Assembly (NCBI GenBank): GCA_963826115.1
Contig: CAWGVS010000005.1
Coordinates: forward strand, 96,001-160,000
DNA: 64,000 nucleotides
Reading direction: 5' to 3'
Source of the DNA: an uncultured Candidatus Rokubacteria bacterium
Lineage (GTDB): Bacteria; Methylomirabilota; Methylomirabilia; Rokubacteriales; DASRDR01
Shown here piece after piece: positions 28,101 to 39,191 of the stretch; position 1 is the first letter of the stretch; every line of letters begins with the position of its first letter. A program made the position numbers and the translations under genes. The notes beneath the pieces were generated by a model that had not been told where the DNA came from, made no database searches, and saw only the letters and a program-made list of their open reading frames with translations.

Positions 28101-31100
28101 CGCAGGAGATCCCCATCCGCGCGGAAGATCTGCGCGTCGTACGCGTCGCAGAGCCGCGCGGCGTTCTCGGCCACGGCGGCGAGCACCGGCTGGATGTCCG
28201 TCGGCGAGCTGGAAATGACCCGCAGGATCTCGCTGGTGGCGGTCTGCTGCTCGAGGGCCTCGCTGAGGTCCCGGTTGCGAGACTCCAGCTCCTGGAACAG
28301 GCGGACGTTCTCGACGGCGATGACCGCCTGGTCGGCGAACGTCCGCACGAGCTCGATCTGCTTGTCGCTGAAGGGGCGAACCTCGCTGCGTCGGATCATG
28401 AGGACGCCGATCACGGCGGCCTCCCGGAGCATCGGGACCGCAAGGATCGTCCGGACCTCGTCGCCCCGCTCCGAGGTCGCCCAGGTGTACTCGGGGTCGG
28501 CCATGGCGTCGGCGATGTGGACGACGCGGCGCTCGAGCAGGGCCCGTCCAGTGGCTGACTCGCGCCCGGGCCGGTGGGGATTCCGCCGGACGACCTCCAC
28601 GAACTCCGGGGCCTCTCCGCAGGCCGCCGCCATACGGTAGACGTCCCCGTCCTGCCGGTAGATGAAGCCCTTGTCGGCGCCGCACAGCCGCACCGAGCTC
28701 TCGAGCAGGCTCTCCAGGACGGGCTGGAGGTCGAACGTCGACCGGCTGATGACCTTGAGGACCTCGCTGGTGGCCGTCTGCTGCTCGAGGGACTCGGTCA
28801 GATCCCGGTTGCGGGCCTCCAGTTCCTGGAACAGGCGGACGTTCTCGATGGCGATGACGGCCTGGTCGGCGAAGGTCTGGAGCAGCGCGATGTGCGCCGG
28901 TGAGAAGGGCTTCGGTTCGCGTCGCGCGACATTGATGGAGCCGATCGACTCACCCTCGCGCATGAGGGGGACGGCGAGCATGGCCCCCCAGCCTGTGTCA
29001 TTCAGTTGCGAACGAGGATACGCGGGATCCTCGATGAGATTCGGCACGTGGACAACCGCACGGGTGAGGATCGCGCGGCTGGAGGTCCGGCGTGGATCTG
29101 GAGGCATTGGATACTGGTTCTCTAGGAAGCGCCTGCCGGCGGGCGTCTGCCCGTGATGAGCCACCAGGTGCACGAGGGTGCCGTCGAATCGGAACACGGC
29201 GCTGAACACTCCGTCGCACAAGCTAAGGGCGCTGCGGGCAATCACGTCGAAGACCGGTTGGACGTTCGTCGGTGATCCGGAGATGACCCGAAGAATGTCA
29301 CTCGTGGCTGTCTGCTGTTCCAGTGCTTCCGCAAGATCACGGTTCCGAGTCTCGAGCTCCATGAACAGCCGGACGTTCTCGATGGCGATGACCGCCTGGT
29401 CGGCGAAGGTGGTGACCAGCTCGATCTGCTTGTCGGTGAAGGACTGGGCGGAGTTCTTCTCGACCGTGATGACGCCGATGACCGCGCCCTCGCGGAGCAT
29501 GGGCACGGCCAGGATCGTCCGGTCCCCGGCCACGGAGGTCCGGTCTGGGTCGCTCCGGTCCACCTCGGCCCAGCGATACTCGGGGTCGGTCGCCGCATCG
29601 CGGACGTGGACTGCGCGGCGCTCGAGGAGGGCCCGGCCCGTCGCCGAGGTGCGGTCTAGGGCGATCGGGTGCTTCCGGAGGAGCTCGATGTACTCCGGCG
29701 CGCCCCCGTAGTGGGCCGCGACGACGTAGTGATGGCCGTCCTGTCGGTAGATCGCGCCGTGGCCCGCCCCGCACAGCCTCACCGCGCTCTCGACGAGCGT
29801 CTGCAAGACGGGCCCGAGGTCGAACGTCGACCGGCTGATGACCTTGAGAACGTCGCTGGTGGCCGTCTGCTGCTCGAGAGACTCGGTGAGGTCCCGGTTT
29901 CGGACTTCGAGCTCCCTGAAGAGGCGGACGTTCTCGATGGCGATGACGGCCTGGTCGGCGAAGGTCTTGATGAGCGTGAGTTGGCGCTCCGAGAAGGGCC
30001 CGGGCTGCTTTCGCGCGACCAGGATGGTCCCGATGGGGCGGCCGTCTCGAATCATCGGCACCGCGAGCCCGCCGCGCCAGCCGCCGGCGACGGCGATGGC
30101 CGGCGCGTACTCCCGATCCGCGAGCAGATCTGGCACGTGGACCAACGTTCCGCTCAGGATGGCGCGGCCCGTCAGCTGTTGCGGGCTTGGGCGCATCGGG
30201 TACATGCGGTCCACCGCGGCCAGCGCTTCCGGAGTGTAGTCGTGCTGCGCGACCGGGCGGTGAATCATCTCGCCATCGAACAGATTGACCGCCCCGAAGA
30301 GCCCGCTGCAGAGGCGAACGGCGCTGCGGACGATTGTGTCGAAGACCGGCTGGATGTCCGTCGGCGAGCTGGAGATGACCCGAAGGATCTCGCCAGTTGC
30401 GGTCTGCTGTTCGAGCGACTCGGCCAGGTCGTGGTTGCGCGCCTGCAGCTCCGTGAACAGCCGGACGTTCTCGATGGCGATGACGGCCTGGTCGGCGAAT
30501 GTCTTCAGAAGCTCGACCTGCGCATCCGAAAAGTATCCGGATGTCCGCCGCCCGACGAAGATCACCCCGACGACCTGTCCGTCGCGAAGCATCGGCACTC
30601 CGAGACAGGCGCGGTATCCGCCAGCGCGTGCGGCCTCCTTGGTCTCGTAGTCCCGGTCGGCGAGCACGTCCTCGACGTGGACGATGGCTTGGCGCCGGAA
30701 CGCCCGCGCGGTCACCGTCTCGGCGTCGGGGGCCATCGGGAACGCTCGCCGGACGGTCTCCACCTGCGCCATGCCGCGGAGGGTGGCGAGCTGGATCAGG
30801 TTCCCGTCGAACCTGGATACGACGCTGACGTCGGCGTTGCACAGCCGTTCGGCGCGCTCTCCGATGATGTCGAAGACCGGCTGGACGTCCGTCGGGGAGC
30901 TGCTGATCACGCGGAGGATCTCACTGGTCGCCGTCTGCTGCTCGAGGGATTCGGTGAGGTCGCGGTTCCGGGTCTCGAGCTCCTGGAAGAGGCGCACGTT
31001 CTCCACGGCGATGACCGCCTGGTCGGCGAAGGTCTCGAGCAGCTGGATCTGAGCCCGGGTGAACGTCCCCGGTTCGGCGCGTATGACGACGATCGCGCCG

Positions 31101-32437
31101 ATGGGACCGCCCTCGCGCAGCATCGGCACGGCAAGCACGCCTCGGAAGCCGCCGGCCCGACCGATTTGCTGCACGTACTCGGGGTCCGCCAACAGGTCCT
31201 CGACGTGGACGACGGACTGCGTGAGGATCGCCCGACCGGACATCATCCGGCGATCCGGAGGCATCGGGAACGCGCGCTGTAGCGCCTCGAGGACCTCCGG
31301 CGTGCAGTTGTGGTGAGCCGTGAGGTGCACCAGGGTGCCATCGAATTGGTGTGCGGTACCGTACGATCCACCACACAGCCTCACGGCGCTTCGCACGATC
31401 GTGTCAAAGACCGGCTGGACGTCCGTGGGCGAGCTCGAGATGACGCGGAGGATCTCGCTGGTTGCTGTCTGCTGCTCCAGGGATTCGGTGAGGTCGCGGT
31501 TCCGGACCTGCAGTTCCTGGAACAGGCGGACGTTCTCGATGGCGATGACGGCCTGGTCCGCGAAGGTCTTCACGAGGTCGACCTGCCGCTCGCTGAACGG
31601 TCTGACCTCTCGCCGCCACGTCGTGATCACGCCGATCACCGCGCCCTCACGGCGCATGGGGACGGCGAGGACGGTCCGCGGGTTCTCCGTTCCGTGCGCG
31701 CGCGTCGGCGAGTACTCGGGATCAGCCAGCACATCGGGGACGTGGACCACCTGGCCCTCGAGCGCGGCCCGCCGTGTCGGCGTCTCCCGGCTCGGACGAA
31801 CACGCTGGGTGTCGAGCTGCGCCGCAAACTCGGGTGTTGCCCCCTCGTGCGCTGCCGTCCGGAGCACCTCGCCGTCGGAGAGGAACACCGCGGCAATCTT
31901 CGCCTCGCACAGGCGCGTGACGCTCCGCAGGATCGTCTGGTAGATCGGCCGAAGGTCGCTCGGCGAGGTGCTGATCGCACGGAGCACCTCGCTGGTCGCG
32001 GTCTGCTGCTCCAGCGCTTCGGTGAGGTCGCGGTTGCGGGCCTCGAGCTCCGTGAACAGGCGGACGTTCTCGATCGCGATGACGGCCTGCGCGGCGAAGG
32101 TCTCGAGGAGCGCGATCTGCTTCACCGAGAACGGTCGGGCCTCGTGTCGCCAGAGCACGATCGTCCCGATGGGGATCCCGTCTCGGAGCATCGGCACGGC
32201 GAGGAGAGCCCGGTAGCCAGCCAGCGTCTGCACAACCGGGAGCTGATACTCCGGATCGATCCTGACGTCGTGGATGTGCACGGTACTGCGGTCGAGTACC
32301 GCGCGACCGTTCCCGCTGCCCCGGCTGGGCCGGAACGGGAAGACGTCGCGCCGGAGGAGCGCGACCTCCTCGGGCGGGATGTTGTGGTACGCGTCGAGGG
32401 TGATCAGCTCGCCGTCGAATCGATGGACGCTGCTCAT
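25139..32437 (-). CDS. Poly-GAF hybrid histidine kinase (11 GAF in this frame + HisKA + HATPase + 2 receivers); frame extends upstream to a frameshift at ~32592
   Basis: Ten FA(D/A)QAVIA(I/V)ENVRL linkers plus one [14 protein letters not shown]; [31 protein letters not shown]; two receiver domains. Confidence 0.92.
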   Translation of the reverse strand: MSSVHRFDGELITLDAYHNIPPEEVALLRRDVFPFRPSRGSGNGRAVLDRSTVHIHDVRIDPEYQLPVVQTLAGYRALLAVPMLRDGIPIGTIVLWRHEARPFSVKQIALLETFAAQAVIAIENVRLFTELEARNRDLTEALEQQTATSEVLRAISTSPSDLRPIYQTILRSVTRLCEAKIAAVFLSDGEVLRTAAHEGATPEFAAQLDTQRVRPSRETPTRRAALEGQVVHVPDVLADPEYSPTRAHGTENPRTVLAVPMRREGAVIGVITTWRREVRPFSERQVDLVKTFADQAVIAIENVRLFQELQVRNRDLTESLEQQTATSEILRVISSSPTDVQPVFDTIVRSAVRLCGGSYGTAHQFDGTLVHLTAHHNCTPEVLEALQRAFPMPPDRRMMSGRAILTQSVVHVEDLLADPEYVQQIGRAGGFRGVLAVPMLREGGPIGAIVVIRAEPGTFTRAQIQLLETFADQAVIAVENVRLFQELETRNRDLTESLEQQTATSEILRVISSSPTDVQPVFDIIGERAERLCNADVSVVSRFDGNLIQLATLRGMAQVETVRRAFPMAPDAETVTARAFRRQAIVHVEDVLADRDYETKEAARAGGYRACLGVPMLRDGQVVGVIFVGRRTSGYFSDAQVELLKTFADQAVIAIENVRLFTELQARNHDLAESLEQQTATGEILRVISSSPTDIQPVFDTIVRSAVRLCSGLFGAVNLFDGEMIHRPVAQHDYTPEALAAVDRMYPMRPSPQQLTGRAILSGTLVHVPDLLADREYAPAIAVAGGWRGGLAVPMIRDGRPIGTILVARKQPGPFSERQLTLIKTFADQAVIAIENVRLFRELEVRNRDLTESLEQQTATSDVLKVISRSTFDLGPVLQTLVESAVRLCGAGHGAIYRQDGHHYVVAAHYGGAPEYIELLRKHPIALDRTSATGRALLERRAVHVRDAATDPEYRWAEVDRSDPDRTSVAGDRTILAVPMLREGAVIGVITVEKNSAQSFTDKQIELVTTFADQAVIAIENVRLFMELETRNRDLAEALEQQTATSDILRVISGSPTNVQPVFDVIARSALSLCDGVFSAVFRFDGTLVHLVAHHGQTPAGRRFLENQYPMPPDPRRTSSRAILTRAVVHVPNLIEDPAYPRSQLNDTGWGAMLAVPLMREGESIGSINVARREPKPFSPAHIALLQTFADQAVIAIENVRLFQELEARNRDLTESLEQQTATSEVLKVISRSTFDLQPVLESLLESSVRLCGADKGFIYRQDGDVYRMAAACGEAPEFVEVVRRNPHRPGRESATGRALLERRVVHIADAMADPEYTWATSERGDEVRTILAVPMLREAAVIGVLMIRRSEVRPFSDKQIELVRTFADQAVIAVENVRLFQELESRNRDLSEALEQQTATSEILRVISSSPTDIQPVLAAVAENAARLCDAYDAQIFRADGDLLRPAASFGPIPSPPARPIGRGWVTGRAVVDRRTIHVHDLMAESEAEYPVGRETQRLTGHRTTLATPLLREGQALGAILIRRMEVRPFSDKQIKLLETFADQAVIAIENVRLFKELDARNRDLTEALEQQTATSEVLKVISRSTFDLQPVLATLVENATRLCGAQQGFIFRSSGQLFDLAADYNAPSAFRDFTRDHPIRAGDGSVVGRVALDRRTAQIPDAQADADWRHKNSEAPGMGNIRTLLGVPMLREQVLIGVFAMWRSEVRPFTDKQIELVTTFADQAVIAIENVRLLTELQARTGELTRSVEELQALSAVSRTVSSTLDLPTVLTTIVSRAVQLAGAGGGVVYEYDEATQAFELQASHQMPDELLEVLRAEPLRLGEGATGQAALRREPVQLPDITDERSYSATRLRTVLLQRGYRSVLAVPLLSENRILGVLTVWRQAVGLYPDEVVNLLQTFAGQSALAIQNARLFREIEAKSRELEVASRHKSEFLANMSHELRTPLNAIIGYSEMLQEEAQDQHAEGFLPDLQRIHAAGKHLLELINAVLDLSKIEAGKMELYLESFEVAPLVRDVAAVLEPLAQKNANRVEVHCPPDVGAMRADLTKLRQALFNLLSNACKFTERGVVSVAVSRDAAQDGAAIVFAVGDTGIGMTSEQIGRLFQEFGQADASTTRRYGGTGLGLALSRRLCRMMGGDITVVSEAGRGSTFTIRLPAEVTDAKREPPAPAKSEPASAGANTVLVVDDDGAVRDLMSRFLGKEGFRVVTASSGEEGLRRARELRPDVITLDVLMPGMDGWSVLAALKANAELADIPVVMLTMLDDRNLGYTLGAADYLTKPIDRERLVAVLGRYRQDLPVLVVDDDPDFRELARRMLEREGYAVIEADNGRAALDRLRESVPGVVLLDLMMPEMDGFDFVAAARENPAWRSVPIVVITAKDLSSEDHERLNGYVARVLQKGALSRETLLGEVRDLVAASARHGRRIRRPA

Positions 32438-33054
32438 AGCCGCGTCGCAGAGCCGCGCGGCGCTCCGTGCGATCGTGTCGAAGACCGGCTGGACGTCGGT
32501 GGGGGAGCTCGAGATGACGCGCAGGATCTCGCCGGTCGCGGTCTGCTGCTCGAGGGCTTCGGTGAGCTCTCGGTTGCGCCCCTCCAGTTCCCGCGCAGGC
32601 GCTCGTTCTCGAGGGCGATCGCCGCCTGGTCGGCGAAGGTCCGGAGGAGCGCGATCTGTTTCGCGGTGAACGCGCGAACCTGCGTCCGGCGGATCGTGAT
32701 GAGCCCGATGGCGAGGTCGTCACGCAGGAGCGGGACGATCAGGAGCGTGCGGAACCGCTCCTTGAGGTCGCGGAGGCCTGGGTAGCGCCGTCGGACAGCG
32801 GCCGTCGTAATGTCGCGAAGGTGAATCGTGCGGCGCTCGAGAACGGCACGGCCAGTCACCAGGCGTGGCGTGATCGGGATCGCCTGGCCCACCGGCCTTA
32901 CCGTGGGAACAGACCCGTGGATCGCAAGGACTCGGAGGTGGTCACCCTCCACCCGGTAGATGTGGGCATCGGTCGCGTCGCAGAGCCGGGCGGCGGTGCG
33001 CGCGATCGCCTGGAGGATGGCGGGCGTGTCCGGCGAGGCTCCGGCGCCCTTCAC
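32434..33054 (-). pseudogene. N-terminal GAF domain of the same kinase, separated by a frameshift; start uncertain
   Basis: ILQAIARTAARLCDA...[15 protein letters not shown] continues as [19 protein letters not shown] only after a one-base shift at ~32592. Confidence 0.75.
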
Positions 33055-33261
33055 TCGCGGGGCGCGACGGTCGCGGGCCCGGGCCTTCGGCCGGAGTCTG
33101 CGGTCGCGTCCGGTGTTTGCCAGGCGCCATCTGTCAGTCTCCGGAGGTCGGGCCGACGGCCCGGCTGATGGAGCGGACGGAAGCTGAGCGTCCCGAAGGT
33201 ATTCCCGCGGCCGCCGCCAGGTCAAGCGGCGGGCCCGGTGACGGGACGACTGAGAACCGGC

Positions 33262-34296
33262 CTACGGCCGGATCACGACCTTGCCGATGACCTCGCGACG
33301 CTCCATGGCCCGCTCGCCGTCGGCCGCCTGCTCGAGCGGGAGCACGCGGTCGATGACCGGTCGGAGCTTCCCGGCGAACGCGAGACGCATGATCGTGAGG
33401 AGATCGTTGTGCGTCCAGCCGTTCGAGCCCTGGATCGTCTGCTCGCGGCGGAAGAGATAGCGGATGTCCGTCGGGCCGATCGGGCCCGACGTGGCGCCGG
33501 CGGTGACGAGGCGCCCGCCCTTGCCGAGGGCCCGGATCGAGCGCTCCCACACGGCGGCGCCCACCGTCTCGACGATGACGTCGACGCCGCGCTTGCCGGT
33601 CAGCCGGCGCACGGTGACGTCCCAGTCCTTGTCCTCGGCGTAGTTGATGGCGACGTCGGCGCCGAGCTCGGTCGCGCGCTCGAGCTTCTCCGCCGTCGAC
33701 GCGGTGGCGAAGACCCGCGCCCCGGCCAGCTTGGCGATCTGGATCGCCGCCAGCCCGACGCCGCCGACGGCGCCGTGAACGAGCACGTCCTCCCCCGCCT
33801 GGACGCGCGCGTGGGTGACGAGCATCCGCCAGGCGGTGCCGAACGTGATCGGGAGGCACGCGGCCTCCTCGACGGGGTAGCTCGCCGGCAGCGGGATCGC
33901 CTGGCGCGCGGGGCACTTCACGTATTCCGCGAGGCCGCCCGGGTCCATCTCGCCGAGCATGTGGACCCGGATGCACTTCGGGACCTCCCCGTCCCGGCAG
34001 TACTCGCAGACCCCGCAGCCCCAGGACGGGTTCAGCACGATGCGGTCCCCGACGCGGGGGGAGTCCACGCCCGCCCCGACGGCGTGGACGACGCCGGCGA
34101 TGTCACCGCCCGTGATGTGGGGGAGGGGCGTCGGCTCGCCGGGCATGCCCTCGCGCGTGAAGATGTCGAGCGGATTGAGGGCGCACGCGTCGACGCGCAC
34201 GACGATCTCGCCCGGCCCGGCCACGGGATCGGGCCAGCTGGGCTCGTAGGTCAGGACGTCGGCGCCGCCGTGACGGTGAATGACCATCGCGCGCAC
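33262..34296 (-). CDS. Zinc-binding MDR-family dehydrogenase
   Basis: PHITGGD, CGVCEYC..C structural zinc site, [14 protein letters not shown]. Confidence 0.9.
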   Translation of the reverse strand: MRAMVIHRHGGADVLTYEPSWPDPVAGPGEIVVRVDACALNPLDIFTREGMPGEPTPLPHITGGDIAGVVHAVGAGVDSPRVGDRIVLNPSWGCGVCEYCRDGEVPKCIRVHMLGEMDPGGLAEYVKCPARQAIPLPASYPVEEAACLPITFGTAWRMLVTHARVQAGEDVLVHGAVGGVGLAAIQIAKLAGARVFATASTAEKLERATELGADVAINYAEDKDWDVTVRRLTGKRGVDVIVETVGAAVWERSIRALGKGGRLVTAGATSGPIGPTDIRYLFRREQTIQGSNGWTHNDLLTIMRLAFAGKLRPVIDRVLPLEQAADGERAMERREVIGKVVIRP

Positions 34297-34309
34297 GAGG
34301 AGTCTCCGT

Positions 34310-35413
34310 TCAGGCCGGGTCGGGGTGGAGTTCGAGCGCCGCGACCACCGCCTCGCCGACGGCCTCCGTCGAGGCGCGGCCGCCGAGGTCGGGCGTCAGG
34401 ACGTGGCCGGCGCCGGTCACGGCGCCCACGGCCGCCTCGATCCTGGCGGCGGCCTCCGTCGCGTCCTCGTTGCCGTCGCGCCGGCCGAGCCACTCCAGCA
34501 TGAGCCCGGCCGAGAGGATCGTCGCCAGCGGGTTGGCGATGCCCTTGCCGGCGATGTCGGGCGCGGTGCCGTGGGAGGGCTGGAAGAGCGCGTGGTGGTC
34601 GCCGATGTCTCCGGACGGCGCCATGCCCAGGCCGCCGACGGTGGCGGCCGCCAGGTCCGAGATGATGTCGCCGAACATGTTCTCGGCGACGACCACGTCG
34701 TAGTGGGCCGGCCGCTGGACGAGGTACATCGTCATCGCGTCGACGTAGGCGTGCTCCGCCTGGATGTCCGGGTAGTCGGCCGCCACCTCGTCGAACAGCG
34801 CGCGGAAGAACGCGTAGCTCTTCAGCACGTTCGCCTTGTCGACGAGGGTCACGCGGCGGACCCCGTCCCGCGGCGCGCCGTGACGCCGGCGCGCGATCTC
34901 GAACGCCTGCCGGCAGATCCGCAGCACGCCGGGCCGCGTCACCACCAGCGTGTCGGTCGCCACGTGGCCGCCGACCAGGACGCCGGCCCCGCGCGAGGCG
35001 TAGAGCCCCTCCGTGTTCTCGCGGAGGATCACGTAGTCGATCCGGTCGCGCTCGCCGAGGCGCAGCGGCGACGGCACGCCGGGGTGGAGCCGGATGGGCC
35101 GGAGGCCGAGGTAGAGGTCCAGCGCGATGCGGAGCGTCAGCTGCGGCGCGATCTCCGTCCCGTCGGGAAAGCGGACGTCGGGAAGCCCGGCCGCGCCGAA
35201 CAGGATCGCGTCGGCGGCCTGGCAGACGTCGAGCGACTCGCGCGGCAGCTCCTCGCCGGTCCGCCGGTAGCAGTCGGCGCCGGCCTCGACCTCCTCGAAG
35301 TCGAGCTCGAGCCGGTCGGGCCGGGCGACCGCGCGGAGGACCTCGATCGCCTCGGCGACGACCTCCGGCCCGATGCCGTCGCCGGCGAGGACCGCGATCC
35401 GGTAGGGCGGCAC
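34310..35413 (-). CDS. Isopropylmalate/tartrate dehydrogenase family (beta-decarboxylating dehydrogenase)
   Basis: [51 protein letters not shown]. Confidence 0.9.
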   Translation of the reverse strand: MPPYRIAVLAGDGIGPEVVAEAIEVLRAVARPDRLELDFEEVEAGADCYRRTGEELPRESLDVCQAADAILFGAAGLPDVRFPDGTEIAPQLTLRIALDLYLGLRPIRLHPGVPSPLRLGERDRIDYVILRENTEGLYASRGAGVLVGGHVATDTLVVTRPGVLRICRQAFEIARRRHGAPRDGVRRVTLVDKANVLKSYAFFRALFDEVAADYPDIQAEHAYVDAMTMYLVQRPAHYDVVVAENMFGDIISDLAAATVGGLGMAPSGDIGDHHALFQPSHGTAPDIAGKGIANPLATILSAGLMLEWLGRRDGNEDATEAAARIEAAVGAVTGAGHVLTPDLGGRASTEAVGEAVVAALELHPDPA

Positions 35414-35415
35414 GC

Positions 35416-36462
35416 TCAGGTCCGGGTCGCCGCGCGCTCGCGGCTCCGGGCCATCTCGGCGGCGACGAGGATCGCCTCGACCATGCTCTCGGGATTCGCG
35501 GTGCCGGTGCCCGCGCGGTCGAAGGCGGTGCCGTGGTCCACCGAGACCCGGAGGATGGGGAGCCCGACGGTCACGTTCACGCCGGACAGGCCCGTCCACG
35601 CCTTCTTCGCCTCGTCGTAGCGGAAGCCCAGCGCCTTGACCGGGGTGTGGCCCTGGTCGTGGAACATCGCGACGACGCAGTCGAACTCGCCGCCGGCCGC
35701 CCGGCTCATCAGCGTGTCCGCGGGGTAGGGGCCGGTGGCGTCGATGCCGTCCTGGCGCGCGTCGGCGATCGCGGGCCCGATCGCGACCTGCTCCTCGTCT
35801 CCGAAGAGCCCGCCCTCCCCGGCGTGCGGGTTGAGTCCGCACACCGCGATCCGCGGCCGCGCGATCCCGAGGTCCCGCATGGCGCGATCCCCGAGCTTGA
35901 TCGTTCGCAAGACCCGCTCCCGCGTGACCAGGTCCGGGACCCGGCGGAGGGCCACGTGGGTCGTGACGTGGATGACGCGGAGCTCCTTGCCCATCAGGAG
36001 CATGGCGTAGGCCTTGGTGTTCGTGAGCTCGGCGAGGATTTCCGTGTGCCCCGAGTGGCGGACGCCGGCGGCGGCGAGCGCCTCCTTGTTCACGGGCGCC
36101 GTGACGATCGCGGCGATCGCGCCCTCCTGGCAGAGGCGCACGCCGCGCTCGATGTACTCGTACGCGGCCCGCCCGCAGACGGCGCTCACGCGCCCCATCT
36201 GGAAGGTCGCCGGGTCGGCGTTGGCGAGGTCCAGCACCTCGATCCGGTCCGGCGCGAACGTGGCGTCGCTCACCCGCTCGATCGCCCGCACCGTCTGGGT
36301 CACGTGGGCCGCCCGCGCCGCGATGGTCATGACCCGCGCGTCGCCGATCACCAGCGGACGGGTCTTCTCGCGCACGTCCGGCTTGGCCAGCGCCATCGCC
36401 GCGATCTCGGCGCCGACCCCCGCGGGGTCTCCCATCGTGACGCCGAGCACCGGCCGGGTCAT
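35416..36462 (-). CDS. pdxA: PdxA-family dehydrogenase (likely PdxA2, 4-phospho-D-threonate type)
   Basis: TMGDPAGVG, TAPVNKE, GHTE, GLNPHAGE, MFHDQG, SVDHGTAFD; coupled to the kinase upstream. Confidence 0.9.
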   Translation of the reverse strand: MTRPVLGVTMGDPAGVGAEIAAMALAKPDVREKTRPLVIGDARVMTIAARAAHVTQTVRAIERVSDATFAPDRIEVLDLANADPATFQMGRVSAVCGRAAYEYIERGVRLCQEGAIAAIVTAPVNKEALAAAGVRHSGHTEILAELTNTKAYAMLLMGKELRVIHVTTHVALRRVPDLVTRERVLRTIKLGDRAMRDLGIARPRIAVCGLNPHAGEGGLFGDEEQVAIGPAIADARQDGIDATGPYPADTLMSRAAGGEFDCVVAMFHDQGHTPVKALGFRYDEAKKAWTGLSGVNVTVGLPILRVSVDHGTAFDRAGTGTANPESMVEAILVAAEMARSRERAATRT

Positions 36463-37592
36463 GCGCAGGCCTTCCAGGCGCGGACGAGGGCGTCCGCGTC
36501 GCCGAAGCCGCCGGCCTTCGTCATCACGACCAGGCCGTCGAAGGGTCCGCCCGCGAGCGACCCCAGCGCGAGACCGGGCTCGAGCTGGCCGGCGAGCCGG
36601 ACGCCGCCGGCGTCGAGGGCGCGCAGGACCGCGATCGCCGTCTCGCCGCCGGTCAGGAGCAGCGCGCCCGGTCTCTGGCGGTCGATCTGATTCCGCGCGG
36701 CCGCCGCGAGGCGGCGGACCGTCTCGCGACGCCGGTCCGGCTCCGGCGTGCGGCCGTCATCCGCCGAAGCCACGACGGTCAGGTCCGCGCGCTCGCCGAG
36801 CCGCGAGATCTGTTCCCGCGTCACCGGATTCGCGCTGCCAGCCACGATCAGGAGCGGCCGGCGCGGGAGCGCGGGCCGGCCCGTCGCCGCGCAGACCTGG
36901 CGGCGCGCGAGGGCGGTCGCGAGGCCCGCGGAGCCCGCGAGGAGCACCGGGACCTCTCCCGCGGCCTGCGCCAGCACGGCCAGGTCCTCGGCCGTCTCCG
37001 CGTCGGCAGCCAGGACGCGTCCGCCCGCCGAGAGGAAGCGGTCGAGGCGCGCCGCCACCGCGGGCGCGCCGTGGCGGACCGTCGCCAGCGCGAGGGACGC
37101 CGCCGGTCGCAGGCCGCCGGCTCCGAGGAGCCCCAGCACGCTCGCGCCGGTCGACGGGAACGTGGGATCGCGCGCGATGGGCGTCCGGTCGGCGGGCTCG
37201 CCGTCGATCAGGAGGCAGCCGTCGACGACCGTGCGACCCTGCGCGGGAAACGCCGGCGCGAGGAGGGCCGCCGCCACGCCGGTTCCGATGAGCATCCCGT
37301 CGAGCTCGGCTCCGATCTGTCCGCGCAGCGTGGAGTCGACCTTCTTGTAGAGCACGGACGGCGCCTCGGCCCGGAGGGCGGCGCCGGCCTCGCGGGCGCG
37401 CTCGCGCGCGATCTCGGCGCGCTGCTCCCGGCTCTCGGTGTCGATGACGAGGACGTCCGCGCCCGCGCTCGGTGCCGTCGTGCCATCGGTCCCGTCCCGC
37501 ACGACCACGAGGGTCGCGAGCCCGCGCACGGCGAACGGCGCGGCGGTGTCGCACGCGCCCGTGAGGTCGTCCGCCTGGATCCCCACCAGCAT
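36459..37592 (-). CDS. Four-carbon acid-sugar kinase (DtnK/DUF1537 family)
   Basis: ADDLTGACD, YKKVDSTLRG, GSAGLA, TGGETA, TKAGGFG. Confidence 0.9.
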   Translation of the reverse strand: MLVGIQADDLTGACDTAAPFAVRGLATLVVVRDGTDGTTAPSAGADVLVIDTESREQRAEIARERAREAGAALRAEAPSVLYKKVDSTLRGQIGAELDGMLIGTGVAAALLAPAFPAQGRTVVDGCLLIDGEPADRTPIARDPTFPSTGASVLGLLGAGGLRPAASLALATVRHGAPAVAARLDRFLSAGGRVLAADAETAEDLAVLAQAAGEVPVLLAGSAGLATALARRQVCAATGRPALPRRPLLIVAGSANPVTREQISRLGERADLTVVASADDGRTPEPDRRRETVRRLAAAARNQIDRQRPGALLLTGGETAIAVLRALDAGGVRLAGQLEPGLALGSLAGGPFDGLVVMTKAGGFGDADALVRAWKACA

Positions 37593-37599
37593 GGCGCCC

Positions 37600-37628
37600 A
37601 CGTTAGCCCGCCCCTCCGGGAGGGTCAA
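37600..37628 (-). promoter_or_regulatory. Sigma70-type promoter for the kinase operon (leaderless)
   Basis: TTGACC-N17-TAACGT-N7-ATG on the minus strand. Confidence 0.7.
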
Positions 37629-37640
37629 GGAGACGCCCGT

Positions 37641-37669
37641 TTGACCGAGCCGATCCGCGCGGTTAGAGT
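37641..37669 (+). promoter_or_regulatory. Sigma70-type promoter for the hot-dog/OsmC operon (leaderless)
   Basis: TTGACC-N17-TAGAGT-N7-GTG. Confidence 0.7.
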
Positions 37670-37676
37670 CCGGCTC

Positions 37677-38566
37677 GTGACGACGACGACGCGGAGCGGC
37701 CTCCTGCCGGGGACACCACTGCCGGAGCACCGGATCCAAGTGCGGAACCTCTTCCGCGATGCCGCGAACCGCATCCACGACGACGCCGTGGCGCGGCAGC
37801 TCGGGTACGCTGGCGCCCTCGTCGCCGGCGTGACGATCTACGGCTACCTGACCCGGGTCGCCGTCCAGGCGTGGGGCGCCGACTGGCTCCGGCGGGGGAC
37901 GGCGAGCGTTCGCTTCCTCCGGCCGCTCTACGACGGCGAGACGCTGGCGATCGGCGGGCGAGCGGTGGGACGGTCGGCCACCGACGCGGCCGGCGAGGGC
38001 GTCATCGAGGTCGAGGGCGGCACCGCGCCCGACCGAGATCGCCGTGGCGATGACGGCTGGTCTCGCGTGGGGGGGAGCCGTCATCGCCCCGGATCCGCGC
38101 GGGTATCCGGCGGGGCCGCCGCCGGCCTCGCTCGCACCGGCGACGGCGGCGGGTCTGGCGGCGCTCGGGGTCCTGGGATCGCCGGTCCTCACGCTCGACG
38201 AGGCGACGCTCGCCCGGGCGGCCGACGACCTCGACGACCCCTCGCCGCTCTACCGCGGCGCCGAGGGCGTCGCGCATCCGGGCCTGCTCCTCCGTCAGGC
38301 GAACCGCGCGCTCGCGGAGAACGTCGCGCTCGGGCCGTGGATCCACGTGGCGAGCGACGTCGCGCACTGCGGCCTGGCGCGCGGCGGGCGATCGCCTCGA
38401 GACGCGCGGCCGCGTGCTGCGGACCTACGAGCGGAAGGGGCGGGGGTGGGTCGACCTCGACGTCCTGATCGTCGCGGACGACGCGCGCCCGATCGCGCGC
38501 GTCCACCACACCGCGATCTACCGCATCCCGGCCCCGGCGGCCGGGGAAGGAGCGCGCCATGAGTGA
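37677..38566 (+). pseudogene. MaoC-like double hot-dog fold protein with two apparent +1 frameshifts (~38030, ~38385)
   Basis: NRIHDDAVARQLGYAGALVAG...VRFLRPLYDGE in one frame, AHPGLLLRQAN...PWIHVASDV in a second, and GRVLRTYERKGRGWVDLDVLI...HHTAIYR in the third. Confidence 0.7.
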
Positions 38567-39038
38567 AGTCGGCGTTGCCTACGTCTCCAAGGTCCGGATC
38601 GAGCGCGTCCGCGGTCCCCTCCGCCGCGCCTTCCTCCCGGCGGAGCCCGAGCCCGTGGTGTTTGGCGTTCACGGCGCCGTGGCGACGCACTACGGTGTTG
38701 ACATGGAGGGACGCGAGGCGCACGCGACGACCCTCGACTACGTGGTCGCTGCTGCGGCCGGCTGACTCACCGGGACCCTCGGGGGCGCGCTGGAGGCGCG
38801 CGGGATTCCGGCCGGGGAGGGGCGGCTCTGGTCGGAGGCAACCGGCGAGGTGGAGACGGAGAACCGAGTCTTGATCATCCGCCGCATCCACGTTCGCTAT
38901 CACCTCAGGCTGAGTGCCGAGCAACGCGACGCGGCGGAGCGGGCCCACGCCGCGCACCAGAGCCGTTGCCCGGTGGCGCTCACGCTCCGGAACTCGGTGG
39001 CGATCACGACCGAGCTCGGCCTCGAGCTCGAGACGTAG
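38559..39038 (+). CDS. OsmC-family protein with in-frame UGA (probable selenocysteine) at 38763-38765
   Basis: ORFs 38559-38765 and 38850-39038 share a frame; readthrough gives DYVVAAAAG-U-LTGTLG...RIHVRY...SRCPVALTL; hairpin just downstream of the UGA. Confidence 0.85.
38770..38811 (+). promoter_or_regulatory. Putative bacterial SECIS hairpin
   Basis: Upper stem GCGCGCU/GGCGCGC with GGA loop starting 26 nt after the UGA; lower stem CCGGGACCC/GGGAUUCCGG. Confidence 0.6.
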
Positions 39039-39191
39039 CCGAGGCCACCGCCGCCCGCGCCATCGGGCGGTGAGCGGCGCCTCGTGCTGGACCCCCGGGT
39101 AGCACCCTGCTAGAATCGCCGGCGGTTTGCGGAGCTCCGGAGCCCCGAGGCGGGTTCCCGGTCGCGAGGCCGGTCGCCAGATGGAGGCGCC

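Noticed and set aside
27240-32640. Regularly spaced DNA repeats that could suggest a CRISPR array or repeat element
   Set aside because: The period is ~540 bp and the repeats are in-frame GAF linker coding sequence.
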